From Anaeromyxobacteraceae bacterium (GTDB lineage: Bacteria; Myxococcota; Myxococcia; Myxococcales; Anaeromyxobacteraceae): a DNA stretch of 64,000 bases. The notes beneath the pieces were generated by a model. It searched no databases and was not told the origin of the DNA. It saw nothing but the letters and a program-made list of their open reading frames with translations. The stretch spans positions 1,536,001 to 1,600,000 of the forward strand of contig JASGHJ010000002.1 in NCBI GenBank assembly GCA_047602405.1. Reading direction: 5' to 3'. The position numbers and the translations under genes were made by a program. Below, piece after piece: positions 55,296-64,000 of the stretch (positions are counted from its first letter, which is position 1; every line of letters starts with the position of its first letter).

Positions 55296-55595
55296 CTACT
55301 TCTTCTCGCCGCCGGTCCCGCCCGTCGCGGGGGCCGGGGAGGGCTTCGCGTCGGCGCCGCCGCCCGGCGGCGAGGGCGCGGCCTCCGCCTTCGGCTTCGC
55401 CTTGCCGGCGCCGGCGCTCGCGTAGAGATCGGAGTACCAGCCTCCGCCCTTGAGCTGGAAGCTCGTGCGCGAGACGAGCTTCGAGAGGCGGGCCTCGCCG
55501 CAGCCGGGGCACGCGCCGGGCGGCGGGTCGCTCACCTTCTGCATCACCTCGGTGAGCCGGCCGCACGCCTCGCAGACGTATTCGTAGATGGGCAC
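55296..55595 (-). CDS. FmdB-family zinc-ribbon protein
   Basis: MPIYEYVCEAC..CPGC..FQLKGGGWY. Confidence 0.93.
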   Translation of the reverse strand: MPIYEYVCEACGRLTEVMQKVSDPPPGACPGCGEARLSKLVSRTSFQLKGGGWYSDLYASAGAGKAKPKAEAAPSPPGGGADAKPSPAPATGGTGGEKK

Positions 55596-55628
55596 GGTGA
55601 GATCCTAACCGGGGGCAGGTTCCGCCTG

Positions 55629-57008
55629 CTACCCGCGCCGCCTCGCAGGCGGGCGCTTGCCGCCGGGGCGTGGGCCGGGCCGTCCCGGACCGCGCGGCGC
55701 AGGACCGCGTGCACCGGGACCGCGCGGTGCCGGACCGCGTGCACCAGGACCGCGTGCACCGGGACCCGGACCGCGGGCTGCAGGACGGCGAGGTGCGGGC
55801 CCCGGCTTACCCGAGGCAGGGCGGCCGGCGCCCGGGCGGGGAGCGGGACCGCCGGTGCGCGCGGTCGCGGGGCGACCCGTGCCGGGACGCCGGGGGCCTG
55901 ACGGCGCGCCGGGGCGCTCGGGCCGTCCCGGGCGGCGGTCGGGCCGGCCGGACGGGCGGGCCGCTTCCCGCCGGGCGAACCCGCCGGCGGCACCACCGGC
56001 CTCGAGGCCGAACCTGGCGGCGAGCGCGGCCGCCTGGGCCGGGCCGAGCGCGAGCGTGCGCGCGAGCCCGTCGGCGACCGGCTCGCCGGCCGCGCGGAGC
56101 GCCCGCGCGTGCTCGGGGAGCCGCGCGCGCAGGTCGGCCTCGAGCTCGGCCGAGAGCCCGAGGTCCTCCACCCGCGCGGCGTCGCCGAGGAGCGCGGCCA
56201 CCCGGTCGGTGAGCGTCGAGCGGCGGCGGAGCTCGTCGCGGCGCTCGGCGCGCACGCGCTCGACCTCGGCCCCCGCGTCGAGGCGCGCGACGGCGGCCAC
56301 CAGCCCCTCGCGCGTCGTCCCGACGCGCTCGGCGGCGCCGGCGAGCGAGCCCCCGGCGGCCCGGAGCGCGTGGAGGAGCTCGTCGCGCTCGCGGTGCGCG
56401 TACGCGTTCGCGAGGCCGTGGTGGTCGAGGAGCGCGTCGAGCTCGCGGTCGGCGATGCCCTCGGGCGAGCGCCACCCGGCGGCGAGCGCGGCGAGGAGGT
56501 GCGGCCGGCGGCCGCCGTGCCGGCGCATGAGCCGCTCGACGACGGCCCGGCCCGGCGGCTCGAAGAGGTCGGCGAGGAGGGGCAGGGCGGGGGTGGACGC
56601 CTCCGGCGGCTGCGGGCGGTCCGCCGCCCGGCGCACCACCACCTGCGCCGCGGGGCCGCGCTTCTTCGTGCGGGTGACCTTGTGCGCGGGGGGCGCCTCG
56701 GGCGCGGGCGCGGCGCCCGCGGCCCTGCCGGCGTCGCGGGCCGCCTCGGTCTCCTCGGAGAGGTACCGGCCCTCCCGCTCGCGCTCGGCCGCGACGTCGG
56801 CCGGCGTGCCGCGGGCGAGGTCGGCGAGGGCGAACGGGCCGAGCGGCCTCGCCGGGGGCGGGTCGGCGAGGAGCGCGCGGGCGTGGAGGAGCGCGTCCCA
56901 GGACAGGCCACCCAGGGCGGCGCGGATCTCGGCGGCGCCGGCGTGGCGGCCCGCCTCGGCGCACCAGCGGGCGACGCGCTCCACGAGCTCGGGGTCGAGG
57001 TCTGCCAT
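55629..57008 (-). CDS. Hypothetical protein with Fis-like HTH segments and RGPGA-repeat tail
   Basis: ALRAAGGSLAGAAERVG; 15-bp repeats at ~55688-55775. Confidence 0.65.
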   Translation of the reverse strand: MADLDPELVERVARWCAEAGRHAGAAEIRAALGGLSWDALLHARALLADPPPARPLGPFALADLARGTPADVAAEREREGRYLSEETEAARDAGRAAGAAPAPEAPPAHKVTRTKKRGPAAQVVVRRAADRPQPPEASTPALPLLADLFEPPGRAVVERLMRRHGGRRPHLLAALAAGWRSPEGIADRELDALLDHHGLANAYAHRERDELLHALRAAGGSLAGAAERVGTTREGLVAAVARLDAGAEVERVRAERRDELRRRSTLTDRVAALLGDAARVEDLGLSAELEADLRARLPEHARALRAAGEPVADGLARTLALGPAQAAALAARFGLEAGGAAGGFARREAARPSGRPDRRPGRPERPGAPSGPRRPGTGRPATARTGGPAPRPGAGRPASGKPGPAPRRPAARGPGPGARGPGARGPAPRGPGARGPAPRGPGRPGPRPGGKRPPARRRG

Positions 57009-57100
57009 GGCCGGGGCACCCTGCGACGTGACGCCCCGCTCCGTCAAGCGTCACGACGCCGGCGTTGCCGCGGGCCCTTTCGCCGTGCTTCACTCCGCCC

Positions 57101-57705
57101 GTGCCGGGAAAGCCTGCCGTCGAGCCGAAGCCTCCGCTGCCCCACGGGCTGCGCGTGCTGCGCTGGGTCCTCGTCGCGCTGCTCGCGGTGAGCGCGTTCC
57201 TCACGCTCGTGGCCGTCCCCGAGCTGCGCGAGGAGGTCGCCGCCTCCGCCTGGATCAAGGCCGCGCTCGCGGCGCCGCTCGTGCTGCTCGGCGCCTTCGT
57301 GGTCGGCTTCGCGGTGTACCGGGTGCGGATGGTGGGGCTCGGCCGGTACGACGGCGGGCGCGCGCTCCTGCAGATCGCGCTCCTCAGCCTGGCGCTCGCG
57401 GTGATCGGCGGGCTCGTCCTCTTCCCGGACGACCGCGGCGTGAGCGCGAAGCCGGTCGATCTCGCCCACGCGCTCCGGGTCCCCGACCCGGTGGTGAAGT
57501 CGCTCGCGGCGGAGGTCGTGCGGTACCGGCCGCCCGACGAGGCGAGGGGCCACCTGCCCGCGCTCGTGCAGCTGCTCGAGGACCCCTCGCCCGAGGTCCG
57601 GCGGCAGGCGCACGCCTCGCTGGTGCAGCTCGCCGGGGAGATCTCGGCGGCGAGGGGCCGGGCGCGGGCGCCCGCTGGCGGGAGAAGCTGGGTCTCGCCC
57701 GCTGA
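57101..57705 (+). CDS. Membrane protein with HEAT repeat (apparent frameshift at ~57638)
   Basis: Three TM helices; LVQLLEDPSPEVRRQA; the corrected end reads AGEDLGG..W..LAR*. Confidence 0.72.
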
Positions 57706-57732
57706 GGGCCTTGCGCCCCGGCCGGGGCGCAT

Positions 57733-57751
57733 GATAGTGAGAATCGTTCTC
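57733..57751 (+). promoter_or_regulatory. Fur box
   Basis: GATAGTGAGAATCGTTCTC, 15/19 match to GATAATGATAATCATTATC; abuts the fur start. Confidence 0.8.
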
Positions 57752-58237
57752 ATGATGACTCACCCTGGCCGCGCGCGCCCCAAGGTCTCGTCGACGTCCC
57801 GTCAGGCGGCGCTCGCCGCCTACATCGAGCAGAAGGGCCTGAAGCGCTCCCGCCAGCGGGAGCGGATCGTGGCGGCCTTCTTCGAGCTCGAAGGCCACGT
57901 CACCGTCGAGGAGGTGGTGGAGCGCGCCCGGCGGATCGATCCCCGGGTGAGCCTCGCCACCGTCTACCGCACGATGAAGCTGCTCGCCGACTCCGGCCTC
58001 GCCACCGCCCGCCAGTTCGGCGACGGGCAGACGCGCTACGAGGCCTCCGAGGGCCGGGAGCACCACGACCACCTCATCTGCACCTCGTGCGGCGCGATCG
58101 TCGAGTTCGCGAACGACCGCATCGAGTCCCTGCAGGCGCTCGTCGCGAAGCGGCACGGCTTCGACGTCGAGAAGCACAAGCTCGAGCTGTACGGGCGCTG
58201 CCCGGACTGCCGGCGCGGCGCGGAGGCGAAGCCGTGA
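57752..58237 (+). CDS. fur: Ferric uptake regulator
   Basis: SRQR, SLATVYRT, RYE, HHDHLICTSC and LYGRCPDC motifs. Confidence 0.93.
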   Translation: MMTHPGRARPKVSSTSRQAALAAYIEQKGLKRSRQRERIVAAFFELEGHVTVEEVVERARRIDPRVSLATVYRTMKLLADSGLATARQFGDGQTRYEASEGREHHDHLICTSCGAIVEFANDRIESLQALVAKRHGFDVEKHKLELYGRCPDCRRGAEAKP

Positions 58238-60324
58238 CGCCTCCTCCCCCGCAGGGCGCCGAGGCGCGCGCCGACGGCCGGCCCGCCCGCAAGGATCCGG
58301 GCCTCGAGCGCAAGGAGCTCGTCCAGGCGGCCCGCGCGGTCATCCTGGTGGGCAACCCGAACGTCGGCAAGAGCGTCCTCTTCGGCGCGCTCACCGGCCG
58401 CTACGTGACGGTCTCGAACTACCCCGGCACCACCGTCGAGGTGACCCGCGGCTCGGCCACCATCGAGGGCCGCCCCTGGCACGTCATGGACACCCCGGGG
58501 ACGAACAACCTCCTCCCGGCGTCCGAGGACGAGCAGGTCACCCGCGACATCCTCCTCTCCGAGACCGACTACGTGTGCCTGCAGGTCTGCGACGCGAAGA
58601 ACCTGCGGCGCGGCCTCCTGCTCGCCACCCAGCTCGCCGAGGCCGAGGTCCCGTTCACGCTCGCCCTCAACATGGCCGACGAGGCCGCGAGCCGGGGGTT
58701 CCAGATCGACGTCGAGCGGCTCTCCCGCGAGCTCGGGGTCGAGGTGGTCTCGACGGTCGCGGTCGAGCGCAAGGGGCTCGGGGAGCTCCAGGCGCGTCTC
58801 GGCGACGCCCGCCCGTCCGGCTTCCGGCCCCGGTACGACGCCGTCGTCGAGGACGCGGTCGCCGAGATCGAGGGGCTGATGCCCGCCGGCGGGATCGGCA
58901 AGCGCGCGCTCGCGGTGATGGCGCTCGCCGGGGACGAGTCGCTCCGACCCTTCCTGGGCGGCCGGCTCTCGGCGCCCGCGCTGGCGCGGGTGGACGAGGC
59001 CCGCCGGAAGCTCGCCGCCCGCTTCCCCGAGTCGCTCCGGTTCGTCATCGCCCGCCAGCGCCTCGCCACCGCCGACCGCCTGCACGACGCGGTGGTCACC
59101 CGCACCGGCGCGTCGGCGGCGAGCGGGTTCGCCCGCAAGCTCGGCGGGTGGTCCACCCACCCGCTGCTGGGCGTGCCGATCCTCTCGGCGGTGCTCCTCG
59201 CCTGCTACGGCTTCGTCGGCGTCCTCGGGGCGAAGACGCTCGTCGACTTCCTCGAGAACACCGTCTTCGCGAACTACCTCGTGCCCTGGACCGACGCCGC
59301 GGTGCGCTTCCTCGCGCCGGACGGGCCGGTGGAGACGTTCCTCGTCGGCCCGCCCGGGGTCCCGATCGCGGAGAGCGGCGGCATCCTCGTCGGGAAGTAC
59401 GGCCTCGTGTCGATGGGGCTCAGCTACGGCATCGCGATCGTCCTGCCCATCGTCTTCACGTTCTTCATCGCCTTCAGCGTCCTCGAGGACTCGGGGTACC
59501 TCCCGCGCCTCGCGGTGATGGTGAACCAGCTCTTCAAGAAGATGGGGCTCAACGGCAAGGCGGTCCTGCCGATGGTGCTCGGCCTCGGCTGCGACACCAT
59601 GGCGACCATGACCGCGCGGATCATGGAGACGCGCAAGGAGCGGGTGATCGTGACCCTGCTCCTCGCGCTCGCGGTGCCGTGCTCCGCGCAGATCGCGGTC
59701 ATCCTCGCGATGACCTCCCGCCTGCCGCTCGGCGCGACCTTCTGGTTCCTCGGGACGATCCTGCTCGTGATCTTCCTGGTGGGCTGGCTCGCGGCGAAGG
59801 TGCTGCCCGGGCGCGGCTCCGACTTCATGCTCGAGCTGCCGCCGCTGCGGATCCCCCAGGGCGGCAACGTGGCCGTGAAGACGCTCGCCCGCATCGAGTG
59901 GTACCTGCGCGAGGCGCTGCCGCTGTTCGTGGTCGGCACGTTCCTCCTGTGGGGGCTCGACCGGCTGGGCGGGCTCGCGGTGGTCGAGCGGGCCTCCGCG
60001 CCGATCGTCACGGGGGTCCTCGGGCTCCCCGCGGCCGCGGCCGGCGCGTTCATCCTCGGCTTCCTCCGGCGCGACTACGCGGCGGCGGGGCTGTTCATGA
60101 TCTACCAGCCGTTCATGGACGCCGGCACGCTCACGAAGCAGATGGAGATCGAGGTCATCGTCGCGCTGGTGACCGTCACGCTCTTCATCCCCTGCATCGC
60201 GAACTTCTTCATGATCCTGAAGGAGCGGGGCTGGAAGACCGGCCTCGCCATCGCCGGCTTCGTCGTGCCCTTCGCGATCGCGGTGGGTGGCCTCCTCAAC
60301 GTCCTCATGCACGCCTTCTACTAG
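58234..60324 (+). CDS. feoB: Ferrous iron transporter B
   Basis: GNPNVGKS, SNYPGTTVE, DTPG, NMAD, LEDSGYLPR, PCSA, ELPP and PCIA motifs. Confidence 0.97.
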   Translation: MTPPPPQGAEARADGRPARKDPGLERKELVQAARAVILVGNPNVGKSVLFGALTGRYVTVSNYPGTTVEVTRGSATIEGRPWHVMDTPGTNNLLPASEDEQVTRDILLSETDYVCLQVCDAKNLRRGLLLATQLAEAEVPFTLALNMADEAASRGFQIDVERLSRELGVEVVSTVAVERKGLGELQARLGDARPSGFRPRYDAVVEDAVAEIEGLMPAGGIGKRALAVMALAGDESLRPFLGGRLSAPALARVDEARRKLAARFPESLRFVIARQRLATADRLHDAVVTRTGASAASGFARKLGGWSTHPLLGVPILSAVLLACYGFVGVLGAKTLVDFLENTVFANYLVPWTDAAVRFLAPDGPVETFLVGPPGVPIAESGGILVGKYGLVSMGLSYGIAIVLPIVFTFFIAFSVLEDSGYLPRLAVMVNQLFKKMGLNGKAVLPMVLGLGCDTMATMTARIMETRKERVIVTLLLALAVPCSAQIAVILAMTSRLPLGATFWFLGTILLVIFLVGWLAAKVLPGRGSDFMLELPPLRIPQGGNVAVKTLARIEWYLREALPLFVVGTFLLWGLDRLGGLAVVERASAPIVTGVLGLPAAAAGAFILGFLRRDYAAAGLFMIYQPFMDAGTLTKQMEIEVIVALVTVTLFIPCIANFFMILKERGWKTGLAIAGFVVPFAIAVGGLLNVLMHAFY

Positions 60325-60335
60325 GAACCCGACCG

Positions 60336-60581
60336 ATGCCCGCCGTCGTCGCCCGCGAGGAGACCTGTCCGCTGTGCCAGAGCCGCTTCGACGCGGAGGG
60401 GCAGGGCTGCCGCCCGAGCTGCCCGATGTCGAAGGGGTGCAAGGTGCTGTGCTGCCCGTCCTGCGGGTACAGCTTCCCGCAGGAGGAGACCGGCCTCGCC
60501 GGCCGGCTGCGCGCCTGGCTCGACCGCCGCAGCCGCGGCCCCGAGGCGGCGCACGCCGGCGCGGGGAAGGTGGCGCCGTGA
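60336..60581 (+). CDS. Small Cys-rich FeoB-associated protein
   Basis: CPLC..CRPSCPMSKGC..CCPSCGYSF; eight Cys in 81 aa. Confidence 0.8.
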   Translation: MPAVVAREETCPLCQSRFDAEGQGCRPSCPMSKGCKVLCCPSCGYSFPQEETGLAGRLRAWLDRRSRGPEAAHAGAGKVAP

Positions 60582-61256
60582 GCACGCTCGCGTCGCGCCG
60601 CAGCGAGGAGATCCTGGAGACCGTCTTCACCGAGCGGGAGGAGGGGAGGAACCTCGCGGCGGGGATCCTGGCCGCCGCCCCCGAGGACCACGCCCCCGGC
60701 GCCGCCCGCGAGGACCTCGAGGCGCTCGCCTCGGCGGGGCTCGTCCGGCTCGAGGGCGAGCGGGTCGACCTCACCGACGGCGGCGAGAAGCGCGCGCGCG
60801 ACGTCGTGCGCCGCCACCGCCTCGCCGAGCGGCTGTTCAACGACCTCCTCGACCTCGGCGGCGTGGCCGCCGAGAGCCAGGCCTGCGAGTTCGAGCACAT
60901 CCTCTCACCCGAGGCGACCGACTCGGTCTGCACGCTGCTCGGCCACCCGCCGACCTGCCCGCACGGCAAGCCCATCCCGCCGGGCCCGTGCTGCAACACC
61001 TTCCAGAAGACCGTGCGGCCGCTCGTGACCGGCCTGCCCGCGCTCGAGCTCGGCCGCCACGGGCGGATCGTCTTCATCGCCCCCCGGTTCCACGACCGGA
61101 TGGACCGGCTCGCGGCGCTCGGCGTGGTCCCGGGCTCGACCCTGCGCCTGCACCAGCGCGCGCCCTCCTTCGTCATCGAGGTGGGCGAGACCACCATCGC
61201 GCTCGATCCCGAGAATCGCGCGCGAGATCTACGTGAAGCCCGTCGACGCAGGCTGA
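60578..61256 (+). CDS. DtxR/MntR-family regulator with C-terminal FeoA domain (apparent frameshift at ~61214)
   Basis: LT.GG, RRHRLAERLF, ACEFEH, LGHPPTCPHGKPIP and RLAALGVVPG; the corrected end reads EIAREIYVKP. Confidence 0.9.
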
Positions 61257-61353
61257 CCCCTGGAGGGGCCCTCGCCCCTCGACTCCGGGCCGCTTCGCGG
61301 CCCTCCGCTCGGGGTGGACGGACCACCCCTCCCTGGCAGGAGGACGCTGCCCT

Positions 61354-61376
61354 GAAGTTGAGAATGAGACGCACCA
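61354..61376 (+). promoter_or_regulatory. Weak second Fur-box-like site
   Basis: TGAGAAT half-site identical to the 57738 box; about 10/19 to consensus. Confidence 0.4.
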
Positions 61377-61389
61377 TCGAGATCCGCCG

Positions 61390-61923
61390 ATGACCCTGCT
61401 CCCCGCCCTCGCCCTGGCCCTCGCCGCCGCGGCCCCCGACGCGGGCCGGCTCGCGCGCGAGGCGTTCCCCGAGGCCGAGCGCGTCGAGCCGCGGGAGGTG
61501 GTGCTCACCGACGAGCTCGCCGCGCGCCTCGAGGCGCTCGCGCACGCGCGCGTGAAGGAGCGGCGGGTCGCCTTCGTGGCCGCGCTGAAGGGCCCCGGGG
61601 CCGGGCAGGTGGTGGGCTGGCTCGTCGTGCACGAGCACGTGGTCCGGACGAAGCGTGAGACCCTCTCCGTCGCCTTCGAGCCCGACGGCCGCATCCGCAA
61701 GGTGCGGGTGCTCGAGTTCCTGGAGCCGCCCGAGTACCGCACCCCGGAGCGCTGGCTCGCCCAGCTCGAGGGGAAGGGGCCCGACGACCGGGTCACGGTC
61801 GGCCAGGACCTCGCGCCCATCTCCGGGGCGACGCTCTCCGCGCGGGGCGTCGCGGAGGCCTCGCGCTGGCTCCTGCGCGCCCTTGAGCTCGCCGCGCACC
61901 CGCCGGCGGGAGGCCGCCCATGA
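61390..61923 (+). CDS. Exported FMN-binding (flavinylated) protein
   Basis: Signal peptide; DGRIRKV.VL.F.EP; WLAQ; ISGATLS flavinylation motif. Confidence 0.88.
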   Translation: MTLLPALALALAAAAPDAGRLAREAFPEAERVEPREVVLTDELAARLEALAHARVKERRVAFVAALKGPGAGQVVGWLVVHEHVVRTKRETLSVAFEPDGRIRKVRVLEFLEPPEYRTPERWLAQLEGKGPDDRVTVGQDLAPISGATLSARGVAEASRWLLRALELAAHPPAGGRP

Positions 61924-62390
61924 GGCTCCTCGTCTCGCCCGTCGCGTCGAACCCCCGCAGCCGCGCGCCGGTGCGCCTCTACCTCGCCTTCGCGGCGCTC
62001 GCGCTCGTGGGCTGGGCGGTGCAGCGCGTGCGCGCGGGCGGGCTGTCGCCCGCGGAGGTGGACGCGTACTACCTCGGCGGCGGCGCGGAGCCGCTCGCGC
62101 CGGCGGCCATCTGGGAGGAGATCCACATGGGCGCCTTCGTGCACGGCTTCACGCTCTTCATGCTCGGGGCGCTGCTCGCGGTCTCCCCGGTGCCGTCGCG
62201 CCTGCGCACCGGCCTGTTCGTGGCGGCGGTCGCCGCGGCCTTCGCGGACCTCTTCGCCCCCTTCGGCGTGCTCGCGCTGCACGGCGGCGGGCTCCTGCGG
62301 GTCGCGACCTTCGTGGCGAGCGCGGCCACGTCCGGCGCGCTGCTCGCGCTCGTCGCGGCGCGGTTCGGCCGGGAGGCCCGGGATGCCTGA
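61920..62390 (+). CDS. About 4-TM membrane protein A (His-bearing)
   Basis: ATGA coupling; GLSP.EV.AYYLG; EIHMGAFVH. Confidence 0.8.
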   Translation: MRLLVSPVASNPRSRAPVRLYLAFAALALVGWAVQRVRAGGLSPAEVDAYYLGGGAEPLAPAAIWEEIHMGAFVHGFTLFMLGALLAVSPVPSRLRTGLFVAAVAAAFADLFAPFGVLALHGGGLLRVATFVASAATSGALLALVAARFGREARDA

Positions 62391-62937
62391 TCGCCGGCTC
62401 CTCGCGCACCGGCTGCCGGCGCTCGCCTTCGCGGCGTTCCTCGTGGTGATCGCCGGCTCCGCGGCCGTGCTGTTCGCGCTGAAGATGGGGCTCGGGCCGG
62501 GCCACGTCGCCGCCTACTACCGGGGCGACGAGGCGAGCTTCGCCCCGGCGAAGAGCTTCGACGGGCTCCTCCTCGTGGCGGTGCCGCACCTCGCGGCCAT
62601 CCCGCTCGTGCTCTTCGCCGCCGCGCACGTGGTCGGCTGGGCGCGCGCCCTGCCGGGCCGGTGGCACCGCGCGCTCCTCGCGCTCTCGTTCGCCTGCGCC
62701 GCGCTCTCGGTCGGGGGCGGGTTCCTCGTGCGGTACGCCGGGCCCGGCCTCGCCTGGCTCAAGATCGCGGCGTTCGCCGGCCTCGAGGCGGCGGTCCTCG
62801 CCTGGGCCGCGCTCCTCGTGCGGGTCTTCCTGCCGCTCCGTCACGGGCTCGCGGCGGCCAGCCCGGGCGTCGCGACGACGCGGCCCGCGGAGTCCACCAC
62901 GATCGCCTCGACGCCGGCCTCGCGCGCCAGCCGCTGA
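62383..62937 (+). CDS. About 4-TM membrane protein B (paralog of A)
   Basis: GLGP.HV.AYYRG; PHLAAIPLVLFAAAH; 3' end overlaps apbE. Confidence 0.8.
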   Translation: MPDRRLLAHRLPALAFAAFLVVIAGSAAVLFALKMGLGPGHVAAYYRGDEASFAPAKSFDGLLLVAVPHLAAIPLVLFAAAHVVGWARALPGRWHRALLALSFACAALSVGGGFLVRYAGPGLAWLKIAAFAGLEAAVLAWAALLVRVFLPLRHGLAAASPGVATTRPAESTTIASTPASRASR

Positions 62938-63851
62938 GCCGCGCCCGGCCCGGCGACGAAGAGCGACTTGCCCTGGATCTCCGCCTCGACCGCCGAGGGC
63001 GCCAGCACGGTGACCGAGCGCACGCCCTCCGCCGGGCGGCACGTGCGGGGATCGAGCACGTGGTGGTACCGCCGGCCGCCGGCGACGAACGCGTGCTCGT
63101 AGTCCCCGCTGGTCGAGAAGGCCGCGTCGCGCACCGGGAGCCGGAGGAGCGCGTCGCCGGCGCCGCCGCGCGGGTCCCGCACGCCGACCGTCCAGGGCTC
63201 GCCGCCGCGGGAGCCGGCGGCGTACAGGTCGCCCCCGGCCTGCAGGAGGAAGTCGCGGTACCCGAGCGCCCGGAGCGCCCGCGCCGCGGCGTCGAGCGCC
63301 CAGCCCTTCGCGAGGCCGCCGAGGCCGACCCGCATGCCGGCCCGCTCGAGGCGCGCGTCGCAGCCGCCGGCGGCGCGCGGGCGGAGCGCGAGGCCGGCGT
63401 GGCCGACGAGCGGGCAGGCCGCGCGCAGCGCCGGCTCCGCGGGCGGCGCCGGCGCGTGCACGTCGAACCGCCAGAGGCCGGAGAGGGCCGCCCAGGTCGG
63501 GTCGAAGCGGCCGTCGGTCCGCGCCGCGCCGTCCTTGGCGCGGGCGAGGGCGTCGCAGAGGTCCCCGGGGAGGGGCACCCAGCCCCGGCCGGCCGCGGCG
63601 TTCAGGCTCGAGAGCGGAGACTGCGGGTCCCACTCGTTCATCGACCAGGTCACGCGCTCGAAGACCGCGAAGGCGGCCTCGAGGCCGGGGCCTGCCCGGG
63701 CGGGGTCCACCCCGGCGAGCGCGACGGTCGCGAGGGAGCCCAGCGTCGGGCGGGTCTCCTGGACGAGCCCGGCCCCGGCCGGTGCGGGGGCGGAGGCCGG
63801 GCCGGCGGCGGAGGCGAGCCAGAGCGCGGCGGCGAGGGCAGGGCGCACCAC
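62841..63851 (-). CDS. apbE: FAD:protein FMN transferase
   Basis: FDPT, GGLAKGWALD, AGGD, STSGDYE and YHHVLDPRT; signal peptide. Confidence 0.93.
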   Translation of the reverse strand: MVRPALAAALWLASAAGPASAPAPAGAGLVQETRPTLGSLATVALAGVDPARAGPGLEAAFAVFERVTWSMNEWDPQSPLSSLNAAAGRGWVPLPGDLCDALARAKDGAARTDGRFDPTWAALSGLWRFDVHAPAPPAEPALRAACPLVGHAGLALRPRAAGGCDARLERAGMRVGLGGLAKGWALDAAARALRALGYRDFLLQAGGDLYAAGSRGGEPWTVGVRDPRGGAGDALLRLPVRDAAFSTSGDYEHAFVAGGRRYHHVLDPRTCRPAEGVRSVTVLAPSAVEAEIQGKSLFVAGPGAAQRLAREAGVEAIVVDSAGRVVATPGLAAASP

Positions 63852-64000
63852 GGGGTCTTAACCTGCGGTAGGTCCCGAGACATCGGCCGATTTCTGGATC
63901 TCCCCCATCGGCCATGCGAGCGTCGTCGGGAGATGGTGACGTGGCGAAGCTGGGTCCTCAGGGCCTACGTCGGGGGCCTCGCGCTCCTGGCGCTCCTGTC

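Noticed and set aside
57065..58237. Membrane/HEAT-Fur fusion
   Set aside because: The ~57638 indel removes the stop at 57705, and a Fur box/promoter separates the two genes.
63933..64000. Possible start of a membrane-protein gene at the window edge
   Set aside because: Too little sequence to support a call.

Overview
A very GC-rich core-chromosome segment. Gene content (TIGR02266/PilZ-Hsp70, GYF-like and AgmX/PglI-type proteins, PrkA-like ATPase, selenoprotein) points to Myxococcota, most like Anaeromyxobacter. It holds about 60 genes: housekeeping (psd, hisS, miaA, accA, hisC, cmk, ispH, rpsA, sppA, argS, gap-pgk-tpiA-secG, truA, clpX), two tRNA-Leu genes, and dispersed REP-like repeats. 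I found no integrase, transposase, phage or CRISPR. Points of interest: (1) a Fur-boxed fur-feoB-Cys-rich-dtxR/feoA cluster running into a flavinylation module (FMN-binding protein, two paralogous His-bearing membrane proteins, ApbE); (2) a sulfur-relay cluster with two reciprocally degenerate ThiF/MoeB proteins that look like a split heterodimeric E1, next to DsrE, TusA, a divergent APS kinase and an orphan LarE; (3) a glutaredoxin-like selenoprotein ending U-T-V-stop with a SECIS-like hairpin; (4) 13 single-base frameshifts that all fall at GATC or GCTCTTC, probably sequencing errors caused by methylation; (5) a PhcB-like methyltransferase behind a long structured leader. Family assignments come from recognising motifs by eye; no searches were run.
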